Position numbers and translations under genes: made by a program. DNA of 64,000 bases from Promethearchaeota archaeon (GTDB lineage: Archaea; Asgardarchaeota; Lokiarchaeia; Sigyniarchaeales; SOKP01): positions 1,056,001 to 1,120,000 of the forward strand of contig JAHPZA010000006.1 in assembly GCA_019058445.1 (NCBI GenBank), written 5' to 3'. The notes beneath the pieces are model-generated. The model was not told the DNA's origin, did no database searches, and saw only the letters and a program-made list of their open reading frames with translations. This document shows, one piece after another, positions 37,008 through 47,080 of the stretch. Numbering within the stretch: position 1 is the first letter of the stretch; each line of letters begins with the position of its first letter.

Positions 37008-37631
37008 ATGGCAAAGAAAAAGAAAGAAACGTGTCCTTACTGTGGAAAAAGTTTTGCCTATCTCTCCAGACATAAATGTAAGATTAAAGAGCGTGTAGAA
37101 GGAGGAGTAGAAGACAAGACGGAAGCAGAACGCAGGATTGAAAGAATAGAAGAAACAAGAAAGCAAATTGGACGTACGCTGAAAAAAGATGAGAAAATAG
37201 TACTTAATCTCATAAATCGAAAAAAGGAAGTGTATTTTGATCAGCTTTTAGAGCTTACAAACAAGAATCGAGACGATTTAGAAGAGATTTTAGAAGTTTT
37301 ATCATTACAATCACGTATAAAATTAAATCGTGAACTGATAGACAGCTCTTGGACAAAGAGAATTAATTCCATTGAAGAATATGAAGATATTAAGGTAAAA
37401 GATGTAAAAGTTAATAAGAAAAAGAAAGATTTTATATGGAATCTTTTTGGATATCAACCATGCTTTATTTGTCCTTATGTTGTTGACAGATGTAATGATA
37501 CAAATCCCAACAAATTAAATCCTCATCATTGTCCTTGGTTAACTGAATGGATTGAAGCTTCTGTAGAGGGTAGGGAATATAAGGTAAACTTTGAAGAAAT
37601 TGAAACCAATGGACAGATTGAAGAATTATAG
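37008..37631 (+). CDS. TFE-beta / RPC34 (RPC39)-like protein with extra N-terminal Zn finger
   Basis: C-terminal PCFICP..C..NPHHCPWLTEW 4-Cys Fe-S motif, central winged-helix-like region, N-terminal CPYC..H.C. Confidence 0.8.
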   Translation: MAKKKKETCPYCGKSFAYLSRHKCKIKERVEGGVEDKTEAERRIERIEETRKQIGRTLKKDEKIVLNLINRKKEVYFDQLLELTNKNRDDLEEILEVLSLQSRIKLNRELIDSSWTKRINSIEEYEDIKVKDVKVNKKKKDFIWNLFGYQPCFICPYVVDRCNDTNPNKLNPHHCPWLTEWIEASVEGREYKVNFEEIETNGQIEEL

Positions 37632-37664
37632 TTTTAATATTCATATAAATTAGGATGATTTCAT

Positions 37665-38303
37665 TTATTTTTTCTTTAAACCTATTATATATATCTCATT
37701 GCTGCCCTTCTTTGAGGCTTTTGGCTTGTAACTCTTGACAATTTGGAATTCATACTTCATTTGTTTCATTAATTTATTAAAATCCTGTCCTTGAAATGTC
37801 TTAAGAACTAAAATTCCTTTGTATCTCAAATTTTTTCGGGCAATCTCTAAAATACTATAACAGAGTTGATTTTGTCTAATTTGATCTGAAAATTTATTAC
37901 CTGATTTATTTATTGACGCATCAGAAAGAATGATATCTAACTTATTACTTTTAAAAAATATCTCAATTTCATTTTGAAATTCTGGCGTATTAAAGTCCAT
38001 TTTAACTGTCTTAACATCGTCAATAGGAGATATGTTTTTGAGGTCAACTCCCAGAATTTTAAAATGATCGCGATGATAGTATTGGTCTTTATATTTTTCT
38101 AAATTTTCTTCAGCAATTTTTCTTGATATTTGTAACCAGGAGCCTGGTGCACTTCCCAAATCCAATATATAAAACGCTCTTTTAAAAATATTAAACCTTT
38201 TTTGAATATCTAACAGTTTATAGGCAGATCTTGCACGAAACCCTTTTTGCTTTGCTTGTTTGTAATGTGGATCGTTTCTATGGACATGTGGATCTTTAGG
38301 CAC
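37665..38303 (-). CDS. rlmE: 23S rRNA 2'-O-methyltransferase (RlmE/FtsJ)
   Basis: RARSAYKL, LDLGSAPGSW, LSD, KPKASK..SNEIY. Confidence 0.93.
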   Translation of the reverse strand: MPKDPHVHRNDPHYKQAKQKGFRARSAYKLLDIQKRFNIFKRAFYILDLGSAPGSWLQISRKIAEENLEKYKDQYYHRDHFKILGVDLKNISPIDDVKTVKMDFNTPEFQNEIEIFFKSNKLDIILSDASINKSGNKFSDQIRQNQLCYSILEIARKNLRYKGILVLKTFQGQDFNKLMKQMKYEFQIVKSYKPKASKKGSNEIYIIGLKKK

Positions 38304-38304
38304 C

Positions 38305-39555
38305 TTAGTTCACGAATTCCTTTTTTTTAATTTCTAATAAGCAGTTTTGAAGAGATATTAAATCCATATTTGTTTTTATTGATAAATAATCAAAGTGGGT
38401 CCTTGACACTTTATACCCTTTTTTTTTAATAATTTGAATAATCTCTTCGATTTTTGGCACATAAGGAAGTTTTAATCTTTGGCAAAGCTTATGGAGATTA
38501 TAATATGAGATTGGCATATTTATCTCATCAATTACTAAATTCAAGAGTTTATGGATTCTCCTTCCATTATAATACTTAAGATTGTTATTTAAATCAATTA
38601 ATTTATTAATAAATTCTTCATGATGCATTTGGCCAATCCATAACGGCCCAGCATAGTCTATTTTTTCAATGTTATCACATGACGGGCATTTACGTGGCAA
38701 TTGCAATGGGTTTCTATTAAAAGCTTTACGGTAATGACATTTCTTGCAGTGTACAATATATCCATAATTGTTAAAGGAGGTTGAAATCCGATTTTTATTT
38801 TTCAGAGTCAAACAGAATATCCTTACAAAGTGGTTTGCATAAAACGTAAGTAATGGAAAAATTCCCATCCCATTTATGTTTGCCATACGAGAAATAAAAT
38901 TAAGTAAAATACGAGCGCCGATTTCTTTGCAATATTCAGTATGTAGAGGTTTAGACATATATTTTCGAATGCAAGCGTTTGGTCTTATACCAAATAAAAC
39001 TGCTGTATCCGTAGCAGTTACACATAATAATCCATTTATTCTCTGAATTGCTTTAAAAGCAGAATCTAAGTAGAGATTTGGAGTCCCGAAGGGATCTATT
39101 GAAATGATATTTGGTTTCTTTAATAATACTTCAGATTCAATTGAAGTTTTTTGAGCAATTTCAGTAAATAAAAAATTTGCATCCTTTCTAGAAATGATAA
39201 TTTGAATTTGAGAATTATCTAATTCGTTTGCTGAAATGCTTTTATGAATTAATTCAACCGCTAAAGGATTTACATCATTAATATATATGGTATGAATATT
39301 ATCACATTCTTTTAACATTCGAATGGAACTAATTCCAGAAGCAGCCATAGAATCTACAATGATTAACTTGTCTGGATTATATAGTTCATTATATGCCATT
39401 ACGGCTAGATTTGAGATGTCACGATTTAACTCCATCTTTTTGTTATAAAAGACATGCATCGATTTTGAGGGAATAGAATCTTTATCAGAACTATGCACAT
39501 ATATTTCTGCTGTGTTTTCTCGAATAAGTATGAGATCTTTTTTTTCCATTTTCAA
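38305..39555 (-). CDS. trm1: tRNA (guanine-26-N2)-dimethyltransferase
   Basis: VFYN..MELNRD, IDPFGTP, VTATD, GPLWIG, SRTHF. Confidence 0.94.
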   Translation of the reverse strand: MKMEKKDLILIRENTAEIYVHSSDKDSIPSKSMHVFYNKKMELNRDISNLAVMAYNELYNPDKLIIVDSMAASGISSIRMLKECDNIHTIYINDVNPLAVELIHKSISANELDNSQIQIIISRKDANFLFTEIAQKTSIESEVLLKKPNIISIDPFGTPNLYLDSAFKAIQRINGLLCVTATDTAVLFGIRPNACIRKYMSKPLHTEYCKEIGARILLNFISRMANINGMGIFPLLTFYANHFVRIFCLTLKNKNRISTSFNNYGYIVHCKKCHYRKAFNRNPLQLPRKCPSCDNIEKIDYAGPLWIGQMHHEEFINKLIDLNNNLKYYNGRRIHKLLNLVIDEINMPISYYNLHKLCQRLKLPYVPKIEEIIQIIKKKGYKVSRTHFDYLSIKTNMDLISLQNCLLEIKKKEFVN

Positions 39556-39688
39556 ATTATGATAAATTTCACTGACTAAAGTAAATATTGTAAATCTAAA
39601 AATGATAAAAATTGGACTAACTTTTTATCTTATATAATTCCACATTAAATATCTTAAAAAAAAAATATATTATAAAAAGGAAAGTGAT

Positions 39689-40150
39689 ATGATAAAAATT
39701 TGGATAATTTATCACACAAAACACGGCAACTGTAAAAGCGCGTGTGAAAATCTAAAAAGAATTTTATGCGAAAAATTTGATGTGTCCATTGGAGATGTAG
39801 CTAATATAAAACCTGAAGTAGTTGCAAAAGATTCACCCCATCTTTTAATTGTAGGATCTCGAATTATTATAGGCAGCCCAGATAAGAAAGTTAAGAAATT
39901 TGTAAATAAACTTGGTTCGAATTTAAAAAATCCAATCTCTAAAGCAGCTACACTCTATACTCATTCTTTAGAGTGGGATTCAGAATATGCTAAAATGGCA
40001 AGAATTTTAGAAGATAATAAGATTGTTAAAGAAGTTTTACCAGAAATCTTAAATATTAAGATGGTAAAAACAAAAGGACCTGCGGAACCAAATCAGGACA
40101 AAAATATTAATGCATTCGCTGAAAAAGTAGCCGAGTATATTATAAAATGA
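39689..40150 (+). CDS. Flavodoxin-like protein
   Basis: IIYHTKHGNC FMN-loop pattern, LLIVGS. Confidence 0.75.
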   Translation: MIKIWIIYHTKHGNCKSACENLKRILCEKFDVSIGDVANIKPEVVAKDSPHLLIVGSRIIIGSPDKKVKKFVNKLGSNLKNPISKAATLYTHSLEWDSEYAKMARILEDNKIVKEVLPEILNIKMVKTKGPAEPNQDKNINAFAEKVAEYIIK

Positions 40151-40174
40151 GGTTTTATTAAAAATGATAACTTT

Positions 40175-41164
40175 TTATTTTCCTATTTCTTTAAACCAAT
40201 TTACAGCAGTATTACTTCCAATTAGTCCACCACAGGTTGTAGCATGAATTTTAGTGATGTTATCTTTGGTCAGAGGTTCAATATCCTCCATTTTTTTGAT
40301 CTCATTTTGATTTCCTATAAGTAGAAATTCACCTCCTAACGTTTTGGCAATGAAAGCTAACGGGAGCCACTCATAAAACAGTCTTAATTTTGGTTTTGGT
40401 GAAGGAAAATAAGTATATACTCCACCATATAATAAAATTGCATGGAAATCACCTACAAAACTCCCACTATATCTATCTTTAAAATGATTGTTGATAAGTT
40501 TTTTTTCAAATTCTTTACATTTCGGAGACCATTGAGTAGAATCTCCCCCTAAACATCGTATTCCCCCTTTTTCTGGATTAGGAAGATTTAGTAAATCTCG
40601 GAATATATAATGATAAAATGTCATTGAATAGGGAGTTGTGTCTAAATAAAATTCAGCGACGAGACCATTCACTGCTAAAACTAAATTTGTGAAAATTCCA
40701 TAAAGTACATAAAATGAGCACACAATTTTCCCTTCACGATTATAAATACCAACTATTGTACCCACGGTTCTATTCACCGCAACGTTTGAAGAACCATCAA
40801 CGGGATCGGTGGTTATTCCAAACGTCCCATTACTCGTGATAGGTTCAGCTTCTTCAGAGGCGATAAATGCATAGTCAGTATCTCCCTCTTGAATTGCCTT
40901 TAATATAATTGAATGGGTAAGTACATCTTCGTGAATTTGCTCCTCATCATATACATTCTTCGTATCTTCTAATGGCGCTTCAATCGACATCCTGTATTGG
41001 ATTTCTCGAGAAGTTAGTCCTTTCTCTAATAAACCTCTTATAGGAATTGTTGCTTCCGCAATAATCTCAATTAAATTAATCAAATCTCCTTTATCAGGGA
41101 AATAATGCGGTATATTGGATTCTAACCATTTAGAAAGCTTAATTTTTTCTTTTTTATCGCTCAT
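40175..41164 (-). CDS. fbp: Class I fructose-1,6-bisphosphatase
   Basis: ASEE, DPVDGSSN, RYSGSFVGD, KLRLFYE. Confidence 0.88.
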   Translation of the reverse strand: MSDKKEKIKLSKWLESNIPHYFPDKGDLINLIEIIAEATIPIRGLLEKGLTSREIQYRMSIEAPLEDTKNVYDEEQIHEDVLTHSIILKAIQEGDTDYAFIASEEAEPITSNGTFGITTDPVDGSSNVAVNRTVGTIVGIYNREGKIVCSFYVLYGIFTNLVLAVNGLVAEFYLDTTPYSMTFYHYIFRDLLNLPNPEKGGIRCLGGDSTQWSPKCKEFEKKLINNHFKDRYSGSFVGDFHAILLYGGVYTYFPSPKPKLRLFYEWLPLAFIAKTLGGEFLLIGNQNEIKKMEDIEPLTKDNITKIHATTCGGLIGSNTAVNWFKEIGK

Positions 41165-41381
41165 TTTAAATGAAAATAATTTTATCTAGCAGTTTAAAAT
41201 ATTGAACTATTTTAGATAACAAATTATATCTTAAAGTTTTTTTTGAAAATTTTAATTCCAATCGAATAATTAGAAAATAAGTGTTATATAGAATATTTAT
41301 ACTATATATTTCATATATACAAAGATTAAATTAGTTAACCCACCATCATATTCTCAGAGAACATCATTGAGGTGAAAACCA

Positions 41382-42497
41382 TTGTTCATGAAGCAACTTA
41401 TCAAAATTAAGTTATTATTAAAACAAAATTGTGTGGCATTTTCAATCGTTATCTTCTGGTTTTTTATCAATTTCCTCTATTTTTCTAATGTAACACACAA
41501 TGTTGCAGAAGGCGCATTAATTGTGTTTTTCTTTATAGAACATAGTAGTTTATATGGGACTTTTTATTCTGCATTCACCGAATTCATTATCTTTGGTTTA
41601 GTATTTGGATTAATTACAGTAGAATTATTCCGAAAATATAATCCATGTATTGCATCGAGAGAAGTGTCAAAAAAATATTCTAATCATGTAGTAATAATTG
41701 GATATACTCATATAGGTAAACGGATAGCGGCATATTTAGCAGATAAGAGAATTAAATATGTAATTATTGAGGAAAATTATGATTTAGTAGAAGATCTCGT
41801 AATAAAAGAAGAAGCTGTGGTAAATGATACTCCCATAAATATAGAAGCCTTAAAAGATGCAGGAGTTGAAAAAGCAAAAGCAGTGTTCGTTACTTCGAAT
41901 GATTTTGAAATTCAATTAGTTGTAAATCATAATGTTAGAAGACTTAATCCGTCTTGTAGGTTAATAGCTCGAATATTTGAGGATGATGTAGGAGAATTAC
42001 TTTCAAAAACATATGGAGCGGAAACTATAAGTACGTCCAAGTATGCTGCGGATGTTATTGTGAATAAAATTGGAAGGGCTAATTATAAAAAAGTACTCAT
42101 AATTGGTTTGAATCATATCTCACTAAGGTTAATTAAAAAATTAAAGCCAAAAAATTATGTAAAGTTTCAACTAATTGAAGAAAATGAGGATTTAATAAGC
42201 GACTTTATTGATGATATGAATTATATTGTTGCAGGAGATCCAAAGGATTTAGTAACATTACAAAAAGTAAATATTGAACAAGTTGATTGCATAGTAAATA
42301 CGATTCCTGATGTAAAAGATTCATTTTTAATCACAAAGCGAATAAGAGATTTGAACAGTAGTTGTAAAATTATATCCAGATTTTTTTTGGATAGCGTTGC
42401 TGAAATCTTAGAAAAACCACCCTTTAGATCTGAAGTGATTAGTTCTTCAAAGCATACCTTAGAAATAATGATTCAAAAAGGGATGTTTGATTTCTAA
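41382..42497 (+). CDS. Membrane protein with two TrkA-N/RCK domains
   Basis: Two or three N-terminal TMs; HVVIIGYTHIG and VLIIGLNHIS Rossmann starts. Confidence 0.82.
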   Translation: MFMKQLIKIKLLLKQNCVAFSIVIFWFFINFLYFSNVTHNVAEGALIVFFFIEHSSLYGTFYSAFTEFIIFGLVFGLITVELFRKYNPCIASREVSKKYSNHVVIIGYTHIGKRIAAYLADKRIKYVIIEENYDLVEDLVIKEEAVVNDTPINIEALKDAGVEKAKAVFVTSNDFEIQLVVNHNVRRLNPSCRLIARIFEDDVGELLSKTYGAETISTSKYAADVIVNKIGRANYKKVLIIGLNHISLRLIKKLKPKNYVKFQLIEENEDLISDFIDDMNYIVAGDPKDLVTLQKVNIEQVDCIVNTIPDVKDSFLITKRIRDLNSSCKIISRFFLDSVAEILEKPPFRSEVISSSKHTLEIMIQKGMFDF

Positions 42498-42529
42498 CTA
42501 AATCATCATTTTTTCATTTTAAAACAATT

Positions 42530-43219
42530 TTATCCAAACCCATGTTCTGATAAATCGGATAAAAATTTTATCGATAATATTTCAGGTTCTCTTTTAGTTT
42601 TAAACTTTCTCATATTTAATTTCTTGGTTCTGCTAATTTTCACAGAATTTTTGACCCAATAATCCATAACTTTCCCTCCACTTTGTACTTCTTTAGTAGA
42701 ATTTTCATAACTTTTCCGGCTTAGCTCATTGACAACTAAAATCTCAGTCCCATATACCTTATTTATGTAGCACAAATTTGCCAGTATTTGATTTAACTGA
42801 TAATTAAGGTGGACATTTTTTTCTTTTTTGTCTTTGTTTAATTCTAATCGATATAAATCAGTAATAGAATCTATCACAATTAAGTTTATTAAAGAATTAT
42901 TTTCTTTTAAAGAAGAAAGGATTAAAAACTCAATATTTTGTACAATCGGAATTAAATCTGCAAAAGTTAATGCTGATATGAAGATGATATTGTCTAAAAT
43001 CTGTGAGGAATAATCATTAAGGAGTTTTCCAACCTTCTCATAGGGAAAGTTAGGTTTACTATAAATAAATACCACATTTCCTTTTTTAGCAGCTTTCATC
43101 GCTACTTGAAGAGCTAACGTGGTTTTACCAACTCCAAAATCTCCAAAAATAGATAAAATACCCGTAATTGGGTTAGAAGTATCAAAAAATTCATTTAATT
43201 TCGCAGTTGGAAAATTCAT
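42530..43219 (-). CDS. RadB-like RecA-superfamily ATPase
   Basis: GDFGVGKT, LIVIDSITDLYRLE, SGGKVMDYW. Confidence 0.85.
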   Translation of the reverse strand: MNFPTAKLNEFFDTSNPITGILSIFGDFGVGKTTLALQVAMKAAKKGNVVFIYSKPNFPYEKVGKLLNDYSSQILDNIIFISALTFADLIPIVQNIEFLILSSLKENNSLINLIVIDSITDLYRLELNKDKKEKNVHLNYQLNQILANLCYINKVYGTEILVVNELSRKSYENSTKEVQSGGKVMDYWVKNSVKISRTKKLNMRKFKTKREPEILSIKFLSDLSEHGFG

Positions 43220-43290
43220 GATTAAAACTTTTTAATTTTATCGTTAATTAATATTAATAAGCTGGAAATTAAAAGATTAATATTTTTAAT

Positions 43291-44172
43291 TTGAGAGACA
43301 TCAGGAATAAAATATATGTATTAACTGAAAATTTAAGCTTTTTTTATAGGCTTAATAAGGAATTGAATCGGTTTAACATACCCTTTAAAATAATTAGTGT
43401 AAGCAAAAAAATTCCTTCAATTTCTTCATTAATTTTAACTACACTAGAAGAATTTAATAATCGGGAATATTTTCAACAAAATGGCAACTTTATTACATAT
43501 TCAGGTGAAGAGTCTTTTGAGGAGTATATTTTAAAAGTTATTGCTGCTTATCGAATAGGGTATAAAGACCATTATTCAGAACTTACGTTTTCTATTGACC
43601 CGGGTAATCGATCTGGGTTAGTTGTTTTTTTGGATGATTACTATTTAATGTCCCATTGTTGCTTTGAAACACGTGATTTAATTAAGAAAATCAAGAATTA
43701 CACTCAATATTTTAAAAGGACAAATCCAGAACCAATGAAGTTGACTTTAAAATTTGGAAGAGGCGTTCTTTCGCTCACTCGAGATTTAGTTGATATCATA
43801 TCTACCATATTTCGTGACGAAAAAGATATAAGTATTTTATTGATTGATGAGTTCAAATCATCAAAAATTAAAATTAATAATAAGAAGAAGGGACGCAAAA
43901 TCTCTAAAGATGAGGTTTCTGCGTTAGTATTGGCTTTAAGAGATGGTATTGAGGTTACTCAGAGCAATTATCACTTAATATTTAACCAAATTAAATCAAG
44001 AACTTTAATAAAGGAAGATTTCAAAAAAGAAAAATTGGATGAAAAGGTAATATCATTAGAAGAAATCGCAGATATTATAGTAAAAGTTTTAAATGGAGAG
44101 CTCTCTCTTAAAGAATCATCTTCCATGATAAAGGAGATACAAATGAATAAAAATAATATAGTTAAAGGGTAA
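43291..44172 (+). CDS. RNase H-fold (YqgF-like) domain protein
   Basis: SIDPG..SGLVV, IDEFKSS, DEVSALVLA. Confidence 0.65.
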   Translation: MRDIRNKIYVLTENLSFFYRLNKELNRFNIPFKIISVSKKIPSISSLILTTLEEFNNREYFQQNGNFITYSGEESFEEYILKVIAAYRIGYKDHYSELTFSIDPGNRSGLVVFLDDYYLMSHCCFETRDLIKKIKNYTQYFKRTNPEPMKLTLKFGRGVLSLTRDLVDIISTIFRDEKDISILLIDEFKSSKIKINNKKKGRKISKDEVSALVLALRDGIEVTQSNYHLIFNQIKSRTLIKEDFKKEKLDEKVISLEEIADIIVKVLNGELSLKESSSMIKEIQMNKNNIVKG

Positions 44173-44229
44173 AAATTGAACCATTTGATGGTAAGCTCTT
44201 CATATCTAAATGGGCAGAAAGAATAGAGA

Positions 44230-44724
44230 TTAATTTATCGCCTGACATTTTATTTCTATTGGAGTAGAATTTGTTTCTAAATAAATACACTCATCAAAAA
44301 TGCGATTTATAGCTTTGATGTAAGTTCCTTTTCTGCCAATAGCAATCCCTCTGTCCTCATAAAAATAAAATAAAATTGTAATTAGTCTTGTACCATCCTC
44401 TTTAATATCCACTATTACATCATGAATGTATGTATCCGGAAAAAGACTAAAGAGCAATCGAATAAGCGTAGCTTCGGTCTTTACTATCATTACTTTCTTA
44501 TTTACCAATTGCTTTCTAATTGTATGTAGCTTTCTTTTGCCTTTATAATAATTCTCATTTTTAGCGAAGAAAAAGACGTAGGGAGGCATTAAAATTACTT
44601 TATCCGGATACACATGGGTAATTTTATTAAAAAAAAGATATAAGTCACGCTCATCCTTAGAATATTTTGTTTTAATATTCACCTTCTGAGTTAAAAACGA
44701 CTTCACTTTATACGTATTTAGCAT
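44230..44724 (-). CDS. Archaeal NusA-like KH-domain protein (divergent paralogue)
   Basis: DRGIAIGRKGTYIK KH loop; first KH domain degenerate. Confidence 0.7.
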   Translation of the reverse strand: MLNTYKVKSFLTQKVNIKTKYSKDERDLYLFFNKITHVYPDKVILMPPYVFFFAKNENYYKGKRKLHTIRKQLVNKKVMIVKTEATLIRLLFSLFPDTYIHDVIVDIKEDGTRLITILFYFYEDRGIAIGRKGTYIKAINRIFDECIYLETNSTPIEIKCQAIN

Positions 44725-44836
44725 GCATTAATTATTTTTTAAGAAAAGATATAAACCCCTATAACTTATGAAATTATTAATTAAAATTAGTTCTTATGTT
44801 CTAAAAGAGCAAAAATATTTGATAAACGAAAAGTAT

Positions 44837-44865
44837 TAAATAAAAAAAATGAGATGTAATATAAA
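44837..44865. repeat. 29-bp direct repeat, copy 1
   Basis: taaataaaaaaaatgagatgtaatataaa; 2 mismatches to 46160-46188. Confidence 0.7.
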
Positions 44866-44907
44866 AGAAGAGTATTTAACTAGCATTAATCATTTACAAG
44901 AATTAAC

Positions 44908-46071
44908 ATGAAGCGCTACAAATCTATAGATATTGTCCGGGGTATTGCAGTTTTTGGTATGGTTTTTGGGCACATTCTAAATTGGTGGTTAGTCCCCGAA
45001 GATTATTGGTTATATTTGTTTGTTTATTACCTTCTTGGACCGTTGGCAGCGGGGGGATTTCTTTTCCTTTCCGGGTTAAGCGGAGTATTTGCATATAAGA
45101 AAGCCTTAATAATGGTTGATAAATCAGAAGATTTTAGTATGAATATGGTAAGAAATGGATACCTACTAAGAGGTCTATTGTTATTAATAATATCATTTAT
45201 CTATAATACTCTAATCGCCATTGCAATAAATGATCTTACTTGGATTTGGGCGTGGTTCGTTTTGCAAACTATCGGTTTCTCACTTTTAATGTCGTGGCCT
45301 TTTTTGAATACATCAAAAAAGTTTAGGATAATTTTTGGTAGTATAATCCTTATAGTTAATTTTTATTTATTAGAGCTCCTCACGCCATATCAAGGGCAAG
45401 CTAATTTTGCTGGAGTATTATATCACGTGCTTTTTAATCCTTTAGATTTATATCCGATCATCCCGTTTTTTGTAATATTTCTTTTGGGCACCGTTGCAGG
45501 AGAGCTTCTCTATGAAATTAATTCAATTAAAAATCAAGAAGAAAGAGAGCATGCGTTAAAACATAAGTTTATTTTTCCGATTTTTTTATTAGGGATCGTT
45601 CTCACTATTTTTGCAATCATATACCAATATCCAAGTTTTTTCTCTTATTATAAATTCTCTGCCATTGTGTTTGGGATAGGGCTTATTTGCTTACTAGTTT
45701 CGACAGTTATCTGGTTCGAAGAATTTGAGAAAATTACTACGAAAAAGAATTATAATTTTTTTTATTACTATTCGTATTATTCGTTTACGATCTTTTTAGG
45801 GCATAATGTTCTTTATTTTCTTTTTTACCAACAGTTAAATGCGGTTACCATCTGGATTCCTATTATAATTACCTTGTTTTTATTTACTTTACTTCTGAAG
45901 TTCATGTATGAAAAATTGGGGCCTAAAGCCTCTCTAAAGGCTGGAATTGGGGTATTAAGCCTCGTAATAGCAATCAAAATAGAGCAAAGAAAGTATATAA
46001 AACATGGCAAGGTAGAGTCTGCTCTCCATTTAGGAAGGTTATTGAAATTCGGAGGAAAGAGTAGAAGTTAA
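44908..46071 (+). CDS. DUF1624 / heparan-alpha-glucosaminide N-acetyltransferase-like membrane protein
   Basis: RYKSIDIVRGIAVFGM..H, FLFLSG, WFVLQTIG; about 10 TMs. Confidence 0.82.
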   Translation: MKRYKSIDIVRGIAVFGMVFGHILNWWLVPEDYWLYLFVYYLLGPLAAGGFLFLSGLSGVFAYKKALIMVDKSEDFSMNMVRNGYLLRGLLLLIISFIYNTLIAIAINDLTWIWAWFVLQTIGFSLLMSWPFLNTSKKFRIIFGSIILIVNFYLLELLTPYQGQANFAGVLYHVLFNPLDLYPIIPFFVIFLLGTVAGELLYEINSIKNQEEREHALKHKFIFPIFLLGIVLTIFAIIYQYPSFFSYYKFSAIVFGIGLICLLVSTVIWFEEFEKITTKKNYNFFYYYSYYSFTIFLGHNVLYFLFYQQLNAVTIWIPIIITLFLFTLLLKFMYEKLGPKASLKAGIGVLSLVIAIKIEQRKYIKHGKVESALHLGRLLKFGGKSRS

Positions 46072-46159
46072 TAATTATATTTAAGCAGATCTTTATAGGA
46101 TTTTTTATTTTTGGTCCCTAACTTTGATAAGCCTGATATTTTTTATGGAACAAAAATAA

Positions 46160-46188
46160 TAAATAAAAAGAATGAGATGCAATATAAA
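46160..46188. repeat. 29-bp direct repeat, copy 2
   Basis: taaataaaaagaatgagatgcaatataaa. Confidence 0.7.
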
Positions 46189-46250
46189 TGTACCTCTCTG
46201 CTAAAAAACCGTTATAATTTTAAATCAATAATTTCTTAAAAAAGCAGGAC

Positions 46251-47030
46251 ATGAAGGAAAGGATTGATATCCTACTCGTCGAAAGACGCCTTGTAGAAAG
46301 TAGAACAAAAGCACAGTGGCTAATCCGAAATGGTTATGCGCTTGTCGATGGCATCGAAGTAAGAAAACCCGGAAAAAGAGTTGATAATACATGCCAGATT
46401 CAGTTAAAAGCTGAATTTCCGTATGTTGGTAAAGGAGGTATTAAATTAGAAGCAGCTTTACAAGAATTTTCGATTTCAGTGAAGGATAAAGTGTGTGCCG
46501 ATATTGGGAGTTCAGTTGGAGGTTTTGTTGATTGTCTTTTAAAGCATGGTGCTTTAAGGGTATACGCAATTGATACAGCAACAGAGCTTTTACATCCATC
46601 TTTAAGATGTGAAAAAATGAAAAATCAAGTGATTCCTATGTTAGGGGTGGATGCCCGGTTTTTAAAAAATTTAGATGAATTGGTTGATGTGTGTACTGTG
46701 GATATCACATTTACTTCACTAAAAGACATTATTCCTAACATTGAGAAATATCTTAAACCAAATGGTGATATAATTACACTAATAAAACCTCTTTTTGAAA
46801 CCAAATTTAGGGAGGAGAAAAAATTTCAAATCATTCAAGATCCTCAACAGCTCCAAAATGTTTTATTAGATTTAATAGAATGGAGTATAATTAATGAAAT
46901 TTTTCCATATGGACTAATTAAATCGCCAATATTAGGAAAGGGAGGTTCGATCGAATTTTTAGTATATTTTAAAATTGATAAAATCAATCATGACTTCGAT
47001 TACAGGAAAGTGATTGAAAGCATTATCTAA
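46251..47030 (+). CDS. tlyA: TlyA-family RNA methyltransferase (S4 plus FtsJ domains)
   Basis: KERIDILLV, YVGKGGIKL, DIGSSVGGF, LIKPLFE, SPILGKGGSIEF. Confidence 0.9.
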   Translation: MKERIDILLVERRLVESRTKAQWLIRNGYALVDGIEVRKPGKRVDNTCQIQLKAEFPYVGKGGIKLEAALQEFSISVKDKVCADIGSSVGGFVDCLLKHGALRVYAIDTATELLHPSLRCEKMKNQVIPMLGVDARFLKNLDELVDVCTVDITFTSLKDIIPNIEKYLKPNGDIITLIKPLFETKFREEKKFQIIQDPQQLQNVLLDLIEWSIINEIFPYGLIKSPILGKGGSIEFLVYFKIDKINHDFDYRKVIESII

Positions 47031-47080
47031 TCTGTAGTAAAATGAAATTTTTAAAAAGAGGCAGTGATAAATTTTACTTT

